This document shows positions 42,825 through 52,867 of a DNA stretch of 64,000 nucleotides, piece by piece; position 1 is the first letter of the stretch, and each line of letters starts with the position of its first letter. The notes beneath the pieces were generated by a model. It ran no database searches and had not been told where the DNA came from. It saw only the letters and a program-made list of their open reading frames with translations. Position numbers and translations under genes: made by a program. The stretch is from Andalucia godoyi And28 (lineage: Eukaryota > Protista > Jakobida): contig VRVR01000034.1 of NCBI GenBank assembly GCA_009859145.1, positions 181,358-245,357 on the forward strand, given 5' to 3'.

Positions 42825-43391
42825 CTACGTAGGCGCGAGCGTGAGGCCGTGCTGTCCAAGCTCTGCGACGAACTCTTGGTGCTCCGCTTGATACAATGCC
42901 TGCAATTTAAGTCCTAATGCAGCAACCGAACCCCGAAAATGAGCATTAGTACCGGTCATCAGAGCAAGCAACGAGGGATACAGTGAAGAAAAGAAGAGAA
43001 AAGAGAAAAGAGAAAAGAGAAGAGCAGAAGGGCAGAAGGGCAGAAGATGGGGAGCGGGAAGCATACGGCGAAGGTGCTGGGAAGCTGCTTTTTCCATGCT
43101 GTGTTTTTGATGCAGTTGAGCTGCGACGACTTTGGCGGTTCGTGGATCGGCGCCGCGTTGGACTGCTGCGCCCTTTGCATTCCACGATGCCACAGACTCG
43201 ACTTGCGAATTGTCCTTTACAATACTTTGATATGTCGTTACCCGTGACTCCTCCTGCAAACCATCACCCAACATCAGCCATCATCAGTTTATCATCCGTC
43301 ACGATCGGTGATGGAAAACATGGAATGATAAAAAACCACATACACGCATACGTTGCTTTAGTGCAATCGGAATATTCTTATCAAAGCTCAT
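42825..43391 (-). CDS. Three-exon 107 aa protein, CFAP141/CFAP53-like ciliary coiled-coil; exons 43391-43344, 43253-43067, 42913-42825
   Basis: Two GT-AG introns (GTATGT...TTGCAG and GTATGC...TACTAAT...TTAG) give one open frame. It ends in LRRLKLQALYQAEHQEFVAELGQHGL, resembling the CFAP141 C-terminus. Confidence 0.7.
42914..43066 (-). other. Spliceosomal intron (153 nt, phase 1)
   Basis: GTATGC donor, CTTTT-rich tract, TACTAAT branch-like site and TTAG acceptor. Confidence 0.75.
43254..43343 (-). other. Spliceosomal intron (90 nt, phase 0)
   Basis: GTATGT donor and TTTGCAG acceptor; frame preserved. Confidence 0.7.
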
Positions 43392-43754
43392 CTTCTCGAT
43401 TCGTAGACTCAGAAATCTGTAGCAAAACCTTCCGCAACGCGACTCGGCACAAATATAAACAATCTACAAGGAACTAATACAGACTTTTTTTAAACCTTTG
43501 AAAAAAAATCTCGAGGAGAAAACGCTCTCCTTTTTGGTTTACAATAGGAGCAAACGGCTTCTTTTCTTAATCGGGCATTCGGTTTGGCCAGTCGGATTCT
43601 TATGTACAACGATTTTTTAGATGTTAACTTTGCTAATAAATTGTTATAATTACTATTTTCTGTTGATTGATTTTTATTTTTTATTTTTTGGCTTGTTTTG
43701 GTTTTTGAATTATTATATTAAGGACAGAGTTTGTAGAGGGAAGAAGAAGAAAGG

Positions 43755-44759
43755 ATGCAGGCGATTGGGGGTTATACGGGGTTTCGTCCTGCTGGAGTGG
43801 TTCGTCCAGTGGATGTGAAGCAAGGTCCAGCGACACGCAGTTCGGTAGGTGAGAGAGCGACGGGTGTGCAGAGCGTATATGCACAGCCCGCACTTGCTGC
43901 GTCTACGCGGAGCCTTGCGAGTCCGTCGTTGGGAAACCAGCAGTTCCAAGGGTTCCAAGAAGGAGTGTTTTCGAAGCCGGTTTCGACGTATGCGTCTACT
44001 ACGGCTGCAGCATTGGCGGTCTCTGCGTATGCGCCGCGTTCGTTCCGTCGTGAAAAGGCATTTGCGAACGCATCTGCGTCTGCGATTGCCGAGAATCGAT
44101 CGAACAGCGCATCGCATTTTCAGAGTACGTACTCGCAGCAGGCTTCCGAAGAGGTGTTTCACAAGCATTCGGATGCGATTCGTGAGAAAACACCGCCGAA
44201 AACTCGTAGGAACCAAGGGTTTGCAAAAGAACAGGCAACCCTTCGAAGCACCCTCGATGTGGATTTGAGCAAAGGAGTAATCACAAAATCGAGTTCGCAG
44301 CTCTCCTATGGATCCGTCGAGTCTCGAATGCCGTCGCAGCCTCGCGATCTCACCACGAAGGGAGCTTCGGCTGACTTGTTAGTCGGTACTGCAAAGCTCG
44401 TGGGCCACGTTCCCGGTTACACTGGACATATTCCAGCTGCGCAGATCAACCAACCGAACTTTAGCATCCATGACGAGGCTCGGATCCACACAAAGGACTC
44501 GCTGCAGCTTACCATGAAGTTCGGGCTTCCTGGCTATACAGGAACCGTCCGCAACCGAGATCGCCAGGAAACCACTGGAAGCACTTTGAGTGCTGGAATG
44601 GCAACAGGAATCGTGGCGCCTCCTGGATTCGATAATCATGTTAACAAGGAGCACCATCGCCAGGCAGGTGTTACCCAGTTCTTCAATGGTGGAAACACAA
44701 CTGATGCAGAGACGTTTTATGGAAGATTCAGACCCTTTGAAGGCAGAATGGTAATCTAA
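43755..44759 (+). CDS. Protein with (P)GYTG repeats, candidate axonemal microtubule inner protein
   Basis: GGYTGFRP, VPGYTGHIP and LPGYTGTV motifs resemble those of FAM166-type microtubule inner proteins. Confidence 0.7.
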   Translation: MQAIGGYTGFRPAGVVRPVDVKQGPATRSSVGERATGVQSVYAQPALAASTRSLASPSLGNQQFQGFQEGVFSKPVSTYASTTAAALAVSAYAPRSFRREKAFANASASAIAENRSNSASHFQSTYSQQASEEVFHKHSDAIREKTPPKTRRNQGFAKEQATLRSTLDVDLSKGVITKSSSQLSYGSVESRMPSQPRDLTTKGASADLLVGTAKLVGHVPGYTGHIPAAQINQPNFSIHDEARIHTKDSLQLTMKFGLPGYTGTVRNRDRQETTGSTLSAGMATGIVAPPGFDNHVNKEHHRQAGVTQFFNGGNTTDAETFYGRFRPFEGRMVI

Positions 44760-45212
44760 AAAACATACCGACGTTTGGTGTGTGTTATTGGTTCTTTACA
44801 TATTTTCTCCGCGCTCTGTCCAAGAGTGTCTTTCTTCTGGTTTCTCTCTCTTCATTCTGCTAGTTTTACTTGTTTTATTTTGGCTGTTTGTTTGTTACCG
44901 AGTATATACCAACAGCGTTTCTTTTCTTCTCACTGCGAATTCAGCCCCAACAAGCAGGCGACATTTGCGTCGTCTGAATCATGATGTGACGATCATGATC
45001 ATAAGCAAAAAGTACGAACTGCATAAAAATTTCCGCTGCAAAACCCACAAAACTAACGCTTTCGAAGACACTGGGCATCATTCGCGAGCTGAGTTCTCCA
45101 GTCCGCTGCGCTCGAATGAACCACTGGTCTTTGGCCCGGGGCCCGGGGCCCGGCTTGGCTGACGTTTGTAGATGCATATGCAGCTGCGATCATTCGTCGT
45201 GCCGAACAGGCA

Positions 45213-45325
45213 CCTCAATATTCAGATTTCCGGTAACGCCTACTTTATACACCACTGAACATGCATATCTACGATGCATATTCAATCTTGCATCCTGTTG
45301 CCGGGAAGGGGACAGGCCCCAACAC
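45213..45325 (-). ncRNA. Candidate Fanzor omega-RNA scaffold
   Basis: 11 bp hairpin at 45256-45284 and GGGG/CCCC hairpin at 45308-45320 whose loop is complementary to 45294-45298. The region overlaps the nuclease 3' end. Confidence 0.5.
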
Positions 45326-45717
45326 GCCTCACGGCGTTCTTCAGATAAATGCTCCGCGTTCCGCTCCCAGTCTCGATCAATCGGTGAGCTACACGCGGGA
45401 CATGCAAACACTTTGCTTCCGCCTAGGCGTGCATGGATCTCACCGCAGCGCCCGCACGCTTTGGACGTGTACTCCTCCGCCACTTTCTCAGCGTGACACG
45501 CTGTTCCAGCAAGAGTTCTGCAAGAGACGGTCCCTGACGCTTCTGCTTGGGGTTGGCTACCCTGAGTGCTGAGGATTGGAGATCGTGTCTTGGAAGTTCG
45601 CCTCTTGGCAGTGCGCTACGACTCGGCGGTAGGCGTAGTGACGCGTGGTCTCTTAGTAGGTCTGCGGGACCTAGGAGGCCGTGCATCGAGCGGCGTAGGC
45701 GTAGGCGAATGCGTCAT
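45280..45717 (-). pseudogene. Fanzor nuclease pseudogene (N-terminal stub fused to RuvC-II/Zn-ribbon/RuvC-III fragment)
   Basis: ATG at 45717, in-frame TAG at 45616-45618, frameshifts, and most of the central domains are absent. Confidence 0.75.
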
Positions 45718-46562
45718 CCCAGCGCACTCATGCCCATATTTGAATTAATAAAGCGGAACCAACGAATGATAGAATAGATGGCTACGCGTAAGCACGAATT
45801 CCTGTGAAACAAACGTGCTAGTGTCTTACTGGACCGCGGGCGGAAAGTTGCAGTGCATCTGCACGTCTTTTTTATTAAATATTAAACCAACATCTCCACA
45901 ACACCTTGACGATTGATTCATCGGGATCGATTATTCATGCAACATTGCAACCGCTCGCCAAACATGAATCATTATAGATCATTGGCTAAGCAGTCACCGA
46001 AGACAGATCCAAGCCCACATGTTGTTTTGCTTCTTTAGTTTGAGGCGAGCACCAACCCTTCAATGTAGATTGGTCTGCATCAAAGGGTCATCGCTTCTTC
46101 TTGCTCTTTGCCTCCGACGAGAGGGGATCAACGGGTTTCTTGGTTCTCGATACCTTCGGGCATGGCCAGTTTGGGTTTTCTGGGAAGATCCCTCTTTGGA
46201 GCCATGCGATGCTTTGTCATTGTCTTTGATGAAAGATGCTGCTTGAGGGTTCGATTAAAAATGCATTAAAAAAACAGGAATAATAGAGAGATGAAGAAAA
46301 TGAAGAATGAAGGAATTCTAGACAGATAAACAAACTTCCGGAATGATATTTGTTGGATGTTCAATGTTGATACACACATAACGGTCCCTCGTACCCATGA
46401 GAGCCAATTAGTATTTATGCAGCGTATTGCAGGCGAAACTGAATGAAACAGAAACAGCACTTTTACTCTTTGCAAACATACATACACGTACATACAACAT
46501 TCAATGCACAAAAAAAGTAAATATAATATGGAAGACGGAAAAGAAGCAGCACACATCGCAAA

Positions 46563-49500
46563 CTATACGGCCTCCTCTTGCTTTCGAAGATCTTCCAAAT
46601 TGCATTCGACCGCATTCAGCCGCTTCTCGGTAGCCTCGCGAGGTGCAGCTGCGTCGCGAACTGCTGAAATCTTGCCTTCGAATTCCTCGGAGATCCTCTT
46701 GTCGGTTTCTTGAAGGGCAGAAACGGAAATGCTCAGCTCGGACTTGATGCTCACAAGACATTCGTCCACGTGTGTGAGCCGTGCACTCATCTCTTCCTTT
46801 GTCGCAGCAGCAGCATCGCGAAGAGCAGAAATCTTGGCTTCTACGTCTTCCAAAGCATTCTTGTCAGCGTCTTGGAGCGATGCAACTGAGGTGTCCAACG
46901 AGGTCTTGAAATCGGACTTGGCCATTGCAATGCTCTCCTCAGCGACAGCAAACCGGCTGTTCGTTTCTTCCTTCGTCGCAGCAGCAGCATCGCGAAGAGC
47001 AGAAAACTTGGCTTCGGCATCTTCTGAGATGTGCTTGTCGGCTTCCTGGAGAGTGGCAGTCGAGAATTCAACAGACGCCTTCAGATCGGCGACTTGGGTC
47101 TCCACAGCAAGCAGCTTCTCGAAGCGTTCATTCGATTGCGCTTGGACCCCGGCAACACTTGCAGCAAACTCTGTCTTTGTGGACTCGATCTGATCGGAAG
47201 CAGACTTGGAGAGGGATTCCGAGAGCGACTGTGCATCTTGCTTCAGAGATTCAACAGAGGATTGAAGAGAAACCTTGAGCTGCGCAACTTCAGATTCGAC
47301 CACGACAAACTTTTCATAGCGCGTGTTTGATTCCGTAGACAACTCCGAAATGCTAGAGGAAAACTCCGATTTTGCAGCCTGAAGTTGCTGAGAAACCTCG
47401 GCAACGGACTCCTTCGAGACAACACTGGCCACCGCCAGTTGACTGACAAACTTCGAAACCGCCGCCGCATTTTGGGACTCTGCAGTTCGCTCGGCCTCGG
47501 CAACGCGATTTTCGAGTGCATTGGCACGTTCTGTAAACTGCAGCGATTGCTGAGCGATCGAATTCCTGAGCTCTTCGCCTTGGGAAGCGGATGCACTCGA
47601 AAGAGCAGCAGAGGTAGAATTAACGGCCTCAAGACACTCCGTCTTGTTCTTCTCATCCTGCTCCTTGAGCGTTGCAACCTCTTGTGCAACCGCTCGCTTG
47701 ACTTCCGAAATCTCCGTCGTTTGTGCTTCATTGATGGCAGTCATCGTACCGTTCACAACTGCAAGATCAGCAATACACTTTGCAAGTATTGCTGCATCGC
47801 TGTCCGCAGCAACTTGCCGAGCATCGGCGACGGCAGCCTTGATGTCATCAGCAGATGCTTGGAGAGTCGCGACGGACGCATCAGAAGCCTGCCTCAGTTC
47901 GTCCGCCTTTGCAGCAACAGAGGCAGTCGTGAACTGCTTGTTTTCGGCAACAGCGCTTGCAACACTCGATTCGACCAAAGCAACCGCAATTGCGTGTGCT
48001 GCTGCCTGCTCCTGACGGAGAGTGGAGACTTCGGAATCCATCTTGGCACACATTTCCGAGCTCACAGATGCAATCTTTTCGTCCAAAGAAAGCGTCGAAG
48101 ACTGCAACTGTGCTTCAATATCCGTCTTCGTCTGCTCAATCTTTGCATTGAGGGTCGCAACTTCTGCATCAACCTTGGAAACGGTCTCCGCGGTCTTGTC
48201 GGTAAGATTCTTGGACAACTCCTCGCGGACACTGTTGATACTGCCCTCGAGCACCGTCTTCAGTTCAGCAGCTTCCGAGCGGATCTTTTGTTCTGCGGAG
48301 GCCAGCGATTCGCTTGTCTTTGCCGACGCATCCTTCCATTCGAAATCGACAACTGCAACGCGGGCTTCGAGAGCTGATGCACGATTCTCAATGATTTCCT
48401 TGGTTTCTGCAGAATTCGCTGCAATTCTGGTCTCGAGTTCCGAGTTTTTCGTTGCCAACTCGACACGAGTCTCCTCAACAGCTTGCTGCAATACAGACTT
48501 TGCTTCCTCGACCTTCTGTGTGGCAAACTGGTTCGACGACTCACGGACACCCTCTGCCTGGGCAGCAGCATCAGCACGGAGCGTTTGGAGATCCCCTTCC
48601 GTCTTTGCAGCCAACGCAACAACAGACGTCTGAACCGCAGGCATCTGTTCGTTGGAAAGAACATTAACAGAACCCTCCACAGCTGCGACTTTCGCGTCGG
48701 TTGACCGACCAAACTCGGCAAGCTGTTCAGAAGTCCACGCACGATTCGCATCATCTGCGGTCTTGATGCGCTCCTCCGTCGTCGCTTCCAAAGTGGAAAC
48801 ACTGGCGCGCACGGAAGAAATCGACCCTCCAAGCTGAGCATTGAGTTCTGACACAGTATTCTCCAAATCAGTCTTCAGACTGCATTCGCTCTGATCAATC
48901 TTTGCCTGGAGTGCGGAAGACTCCGCAGAAAGATTCCGGGCAGTCTTTGCCTCGAGATCAGCAAGCTTTTCGGAAGAAGAGGCCTCTAGCGCAGCGATCT
49001 TCTCTTCCAAGTTCTTCTGCAATTCTGCACGCTTTTGCTCCACACCACTCTTGACTTCTTCAATTGTAGCATCGATCGTAGCAACAGACGCAGCGAGGCT
49101 GGCAGTGACGAGAGCATCTGCATCTTCGAGATCCGCTCTCGTGGAAGCGAGCAAGGCTCGAAGAGCAGTCAAGCGGTCCGAAGTTTCGTCCTTGACTTGC
49201 TCAATCAACGATTCCAAAGAAGTCTTCGTTTCTGCAATCTGGGCATTGAACTGTGTCTCTAAGGTCTCCTTGACAGACTGAATGCGCTCGGAGAGCTCTG
49301 TCTTGGAGGCGTCTGCCGCTTGCCGAAGCGCAGCAACCTCCGAGTCAACTCGAGTGGAAAGAGTTTGCACATCTTCATCAATTTTTGCAGTCAACTCCTC
49401 ACGCGTCTGATCCAACTTGGAATTGACAGCATCAACCTGCGCCTGTCGGGTGGATTTTTCAAGTTCAACAGCGTCCGCCAGCTCCTTGCTCAGTCTGTCG

Positions 49501-50949
49501 TCCAGCGACTTGACAGCAGTTGTGTAGCCCTCTTCAAGCGTCTTCTTCTGCGAAGACAGCTTTTCATCGAACTCCGCTGTCATTGAAACGCGCTGATCAC
49601 TGAGATTCTTTGCGAACAATGCTTCTAGCGCCGCAAACTTCGCAGTCGTCTCTGCAACGTGGTCATCGACAGTTTGCTGGATTCGACGGCGTTCATCACG
49701 TTCGATGGTCTGAATGCGGCGCATCCTTTCCAGCTTGTCGTCCATTTCCGCAATGCCTGCATTCATTTGATCACGGAACGGATAGAACATTCCTTCAAAA
49801 TGACCCTTTGAAGTGTCCTCAATGTGTTTGGCGAACGACGAGAGCAGATGGTCCACTTTCTCAACTACAATCCCATCCAGCGGCCACTGGCAAACGTCAT
49901 TCCTCAGCAGGTCCACGTTGATGACCCATGCATCATCCAGCGTTCCGCCGTTGGCATCACGACCAAAACCAATCAAAATGTTACGAGAGTTTGGGATATT
50001 GGACATCACGCCTCCAAATCTCCCTGATGGAAAGACAGCAGCTTCTCCAGCAGCGTCCTCCACGGCGGAAGGCCAGTACGAAGTCTCGAGCAGGCGCCAC
50101 TTCTTTTCCAAGAATGAGAACTCCCAAATGTCGCGGAACGGCTTTGCAGTGCTATTTCCGCCAAACACAACCAGGAACCCATCGCGATTGACTGCACCAT
50201 GCGAAGCACGAGCTTCAGGAGCCATAGTGCTGCTTGCATTGTCATCGGGCACGAAAATAGGGGTGAAGTTTCCTGTTGCAAGGTCCAATTCATGCAAGTC
50301 GTTCAAGCGCTTCTCATCCGACACATATCCTCCAAACAAGAAAACGCGTCCGTCCACATTCGTCAGCGTTGCATTTGCGCGTCCAAGAGTCGATTGCTGC
50401 GAAAGGCATGTCCAAGAGTTGTCACGGAAGTCAAATGACCACACATCACTGAAACACTTTCCATTGGAATCTCCACCGCCAAACACAATCATGCGTCCAC
50501 CAACGACGCAAGCGGAGTGCTTGTACCGTGGAGCAGGCTTTTCGCCTTCCGCAACGCAGACGATCGATACGTCATCCGTCAAAGTGTTGTACTGCACAAG
50601 GTCATTGGACAGCGCAGGACCAGGGGCTTCTCCTCCAAAGACAAACACAGAGTCCTTGAATCCCACACTGGTCGCATACAACCGCGGATACGCATTCGGC
50701 TTCATCACGCGTCCAAACGTGAGTCCCGTGATGTCAAACTTGTACATATCCTCAAGAAGACCCTCTGGAGTAGCTCCGCCAACCAGCAACCCGACCTTGT
50801 CTGTGCACGCCAGCGTCGATCCAAACCGTTTCGACGGCGTCACTGCGATGCGCAGAGTCGGCAACCGAGGATTTGCAGTTCTGGAAGACAGCGAGGTTTG
50901 CGAAAACGGACTCGTGAATGCTTTGGAACCAACCGCAGGTGACAAGAGA

Positions 50950-50982
<33 letters not shown>

Positions 50983-51110
50983 CTGTTGTTGTTCCCATTA
51001 CTCAGCGTCGTCGACTCGAAAAAAGCATTGTTGTTCTTTCCAACAACAACCGGAGATGCAGGACCAGGCCTCGTTGAATAAGAACGGCGGCGTGTCGTTG
51101 GCGAGTCCAT
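46563..51110 (-). CDS. Kelch-repeat protein with a very long Ala/Glu/Ser-rich coiled-coil C-terminus
   Basis: Repeated (L/I)FGG...W units (VFVFGGE, MIVFGGG...DVWSFD, VFLFGGY, LVVFGGN...DIWEF), followed by ~1100 aa of helical repeats. ATG at 51110. Confidence 0.88.
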
Positions 51111-51675
51111 TTTTTCCCTCTTACTCTTTTCTCCAACCAAAAACAAACCAAAACCTTGAAGAGATGGCAAAAATTAAAACAGCAAGCGATAAAAAGAAGG
51201 AAACAGAAGGAAAAATCAACCAAAGAAAGGAAAAAATAATATAATAAAGTTATATATATGAAATACAGAAAATGAAAGATTAAAAAAAGGAAAGGAAAGG
51301 AAAGGAAAAACTGGGTCTTTCTGTTTCAACTGCAGAATCTGCTGCATCAACGTTTTGAGAGGTGATGTGCGTGTGTGTGTCTTTGCATATCTGTCACGCT
51401 CAGTGCTTTCCTTTTGGGAGACTTGCACAACACAACGAGGAGCAGCGGACATTCCCGAAGCGTTTTTTTTTTCCTCGCGTTTTTTTTTTTGGTAGAAGGA
51501 TGTCTGCCTGCATGTGCAACCGTCGAGATGTAGGATGACGTACGGAGACGCGCCCACCCCTCACGAACGTACAGGTTTAAAAAACAGCGCATTGAGCGAT
51601 CGACGGCGCTACGAAAGATGGCGGAAAAAAAAAAAGAGGCAAGGAGAGCAAAGGGGAGCGAGATGAGGTGTGTGT

Positions 51676-52569
51676 TTATTGTAGAGAGCAACCAGATTTT
51701 TTCTTTTGTTGTTGCTGGTGCTGCTGACTGTGGTGGTGCGAGGAGACTGATGAAGACGAGGTGGCGCCAGCAGGTTGTCCACCACCCCGATCGCGTGCCG
51801 CGTCTCGTTCGCCAGCAGGATGATTGACGATTTCGGCCTTTACAATCTTTGTGTGTGCGTCGAGCTCGTTCTTGGACAGCTGCACTCCGGCAAGATCCGC
51901 TGCGATCCGCGTCATCATCTGTCCGACACCAGCACCTGATTTCGCAGACACTTCAAACTGGACGAGGTTACCGTCGAGCGCAAACTTCTGAGCTCTGTCC
52001 TTCTTGACTTCTCGAATGTGGCTCAAGTCGCTCTTGTTTGCACACAGTGCAAGATACGGCATCTTCTTGAGCGGCCCTTTCTTCTTCTCGGGCAGAGTCG
52101 AGCCACTATTCACCTTTGTGGCGTCCGTCGCAGCTGTACTCTCCACTTCAACATTCGTCTTCTCCACGTCCGGAGCGGCCACCGAGGGCGCCTGAAATAC
52201 CGAGGGAAGCTCGCATCCACACGCACCGCATGCCATCTTGTACCAATCTTCCAAAGATCGGAACGACGTCAAGTTGGAGATATCATATGCAAACAGCAGA
52301 GCGTTCGCACCAGATATGTAGTTTGACAGCATCCGAGAACCCAGCTGCTGGCCTCCAATATCCCAAATCTGCAAGACCACTTCCACATCACCAGGCAGCA
52401 CAATCCTCTTTATGAAAAAATCCACACCAATGGTTTGCTTGTACGATGGCGCAAAATTGTCATCTACAAAGCGCATAATCAGCGACGTCTTCCCGACGGC
52501 GCCGTCCCCCAGCACCACGACTTTGAATCGATGAATCCTTGTCTCCTCATCACTACTCGAATCCGCCAT
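51676..52569 (-). CDS. RAB28: Rab28 small GTPase
   Basis: GDGAVGKTS, QTIGVDFF, WDIGGQQLGSRML and NKSD motifs, with a CaaX end (CSLQ). Confidence 0.88.
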   Translation of the reverse strand: MADSSSDEETRIHRFKVVVLGDGAVGKTSLIMRFVDDNFAPSYKQTIGVDFFIKRIVLPGDVEVVLQIWDIGGQQLGSRMLSNYISGANALLFAYDISNLTSFRSLEDWYKMACGACGCELPSVFQAPSVAAPDVEKTNVEVESTAATDATKVNSGSTLPEKKKGPLKKMPYLALCANKSDLSHIREVKKDRAQKFALDGNLVQFEVSAKSGAGVGQMMTRIAADLAGVQLSKNELDAHTKIVKAEIVNHPAGERDAARDRGGGQPAGATSSSSVSSHHHSQQHQQQQKKKSGCSLQ

Positions 52570-52867
52570 CTTCCTATCGCGTCTCCTACCTCTGATTTTC
52601 CTCCCACCCAACAAGGCAAGAAAAATAATAATAACAATAATAACAATAATATATATATATGTATAATTGAAAAAACAAAAGATCGTATAGAAAAAGATGA
52701 CAAAGGAAACCCGAAAAACACACGCAAAGAAACACGTGGGTTTTTGGGTCCATATGTAGCTACGACAGCGGCGATGGCTACCATGTCACGGAAGGAAACA
52801 GCGATGGCAGCGGAGAGGGTGGGAGAGTGGGGCAAAACAAAGAGTAAGCTCCGTTGAAATGGGCCAG

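Larger units (their letters stand above)
45213..45835 (-). mobile_element. Non-autonomous, internally deleted Fanzor (TnpB-like, probably IS607/Fanzor2 type) element; ends inferred
   Basis: Encodes EEYTSKACGRCG...LGGSKVFACPACSSPIDRD followed, after a frameshift, by IYLKN, plus a basic N-terminal remnant. Candidate GG-bounded ends at 45834-45835 and 45213-45214. Confidence 0.75.

Noticed and set aside
45190-45483. 97 aa ORF as an intact small zinc-finger gene
   Set aside because: It has no ATG, has an upstream in-frame stop and a frameshift after DRDW. Better read as a Fanzor fragment.
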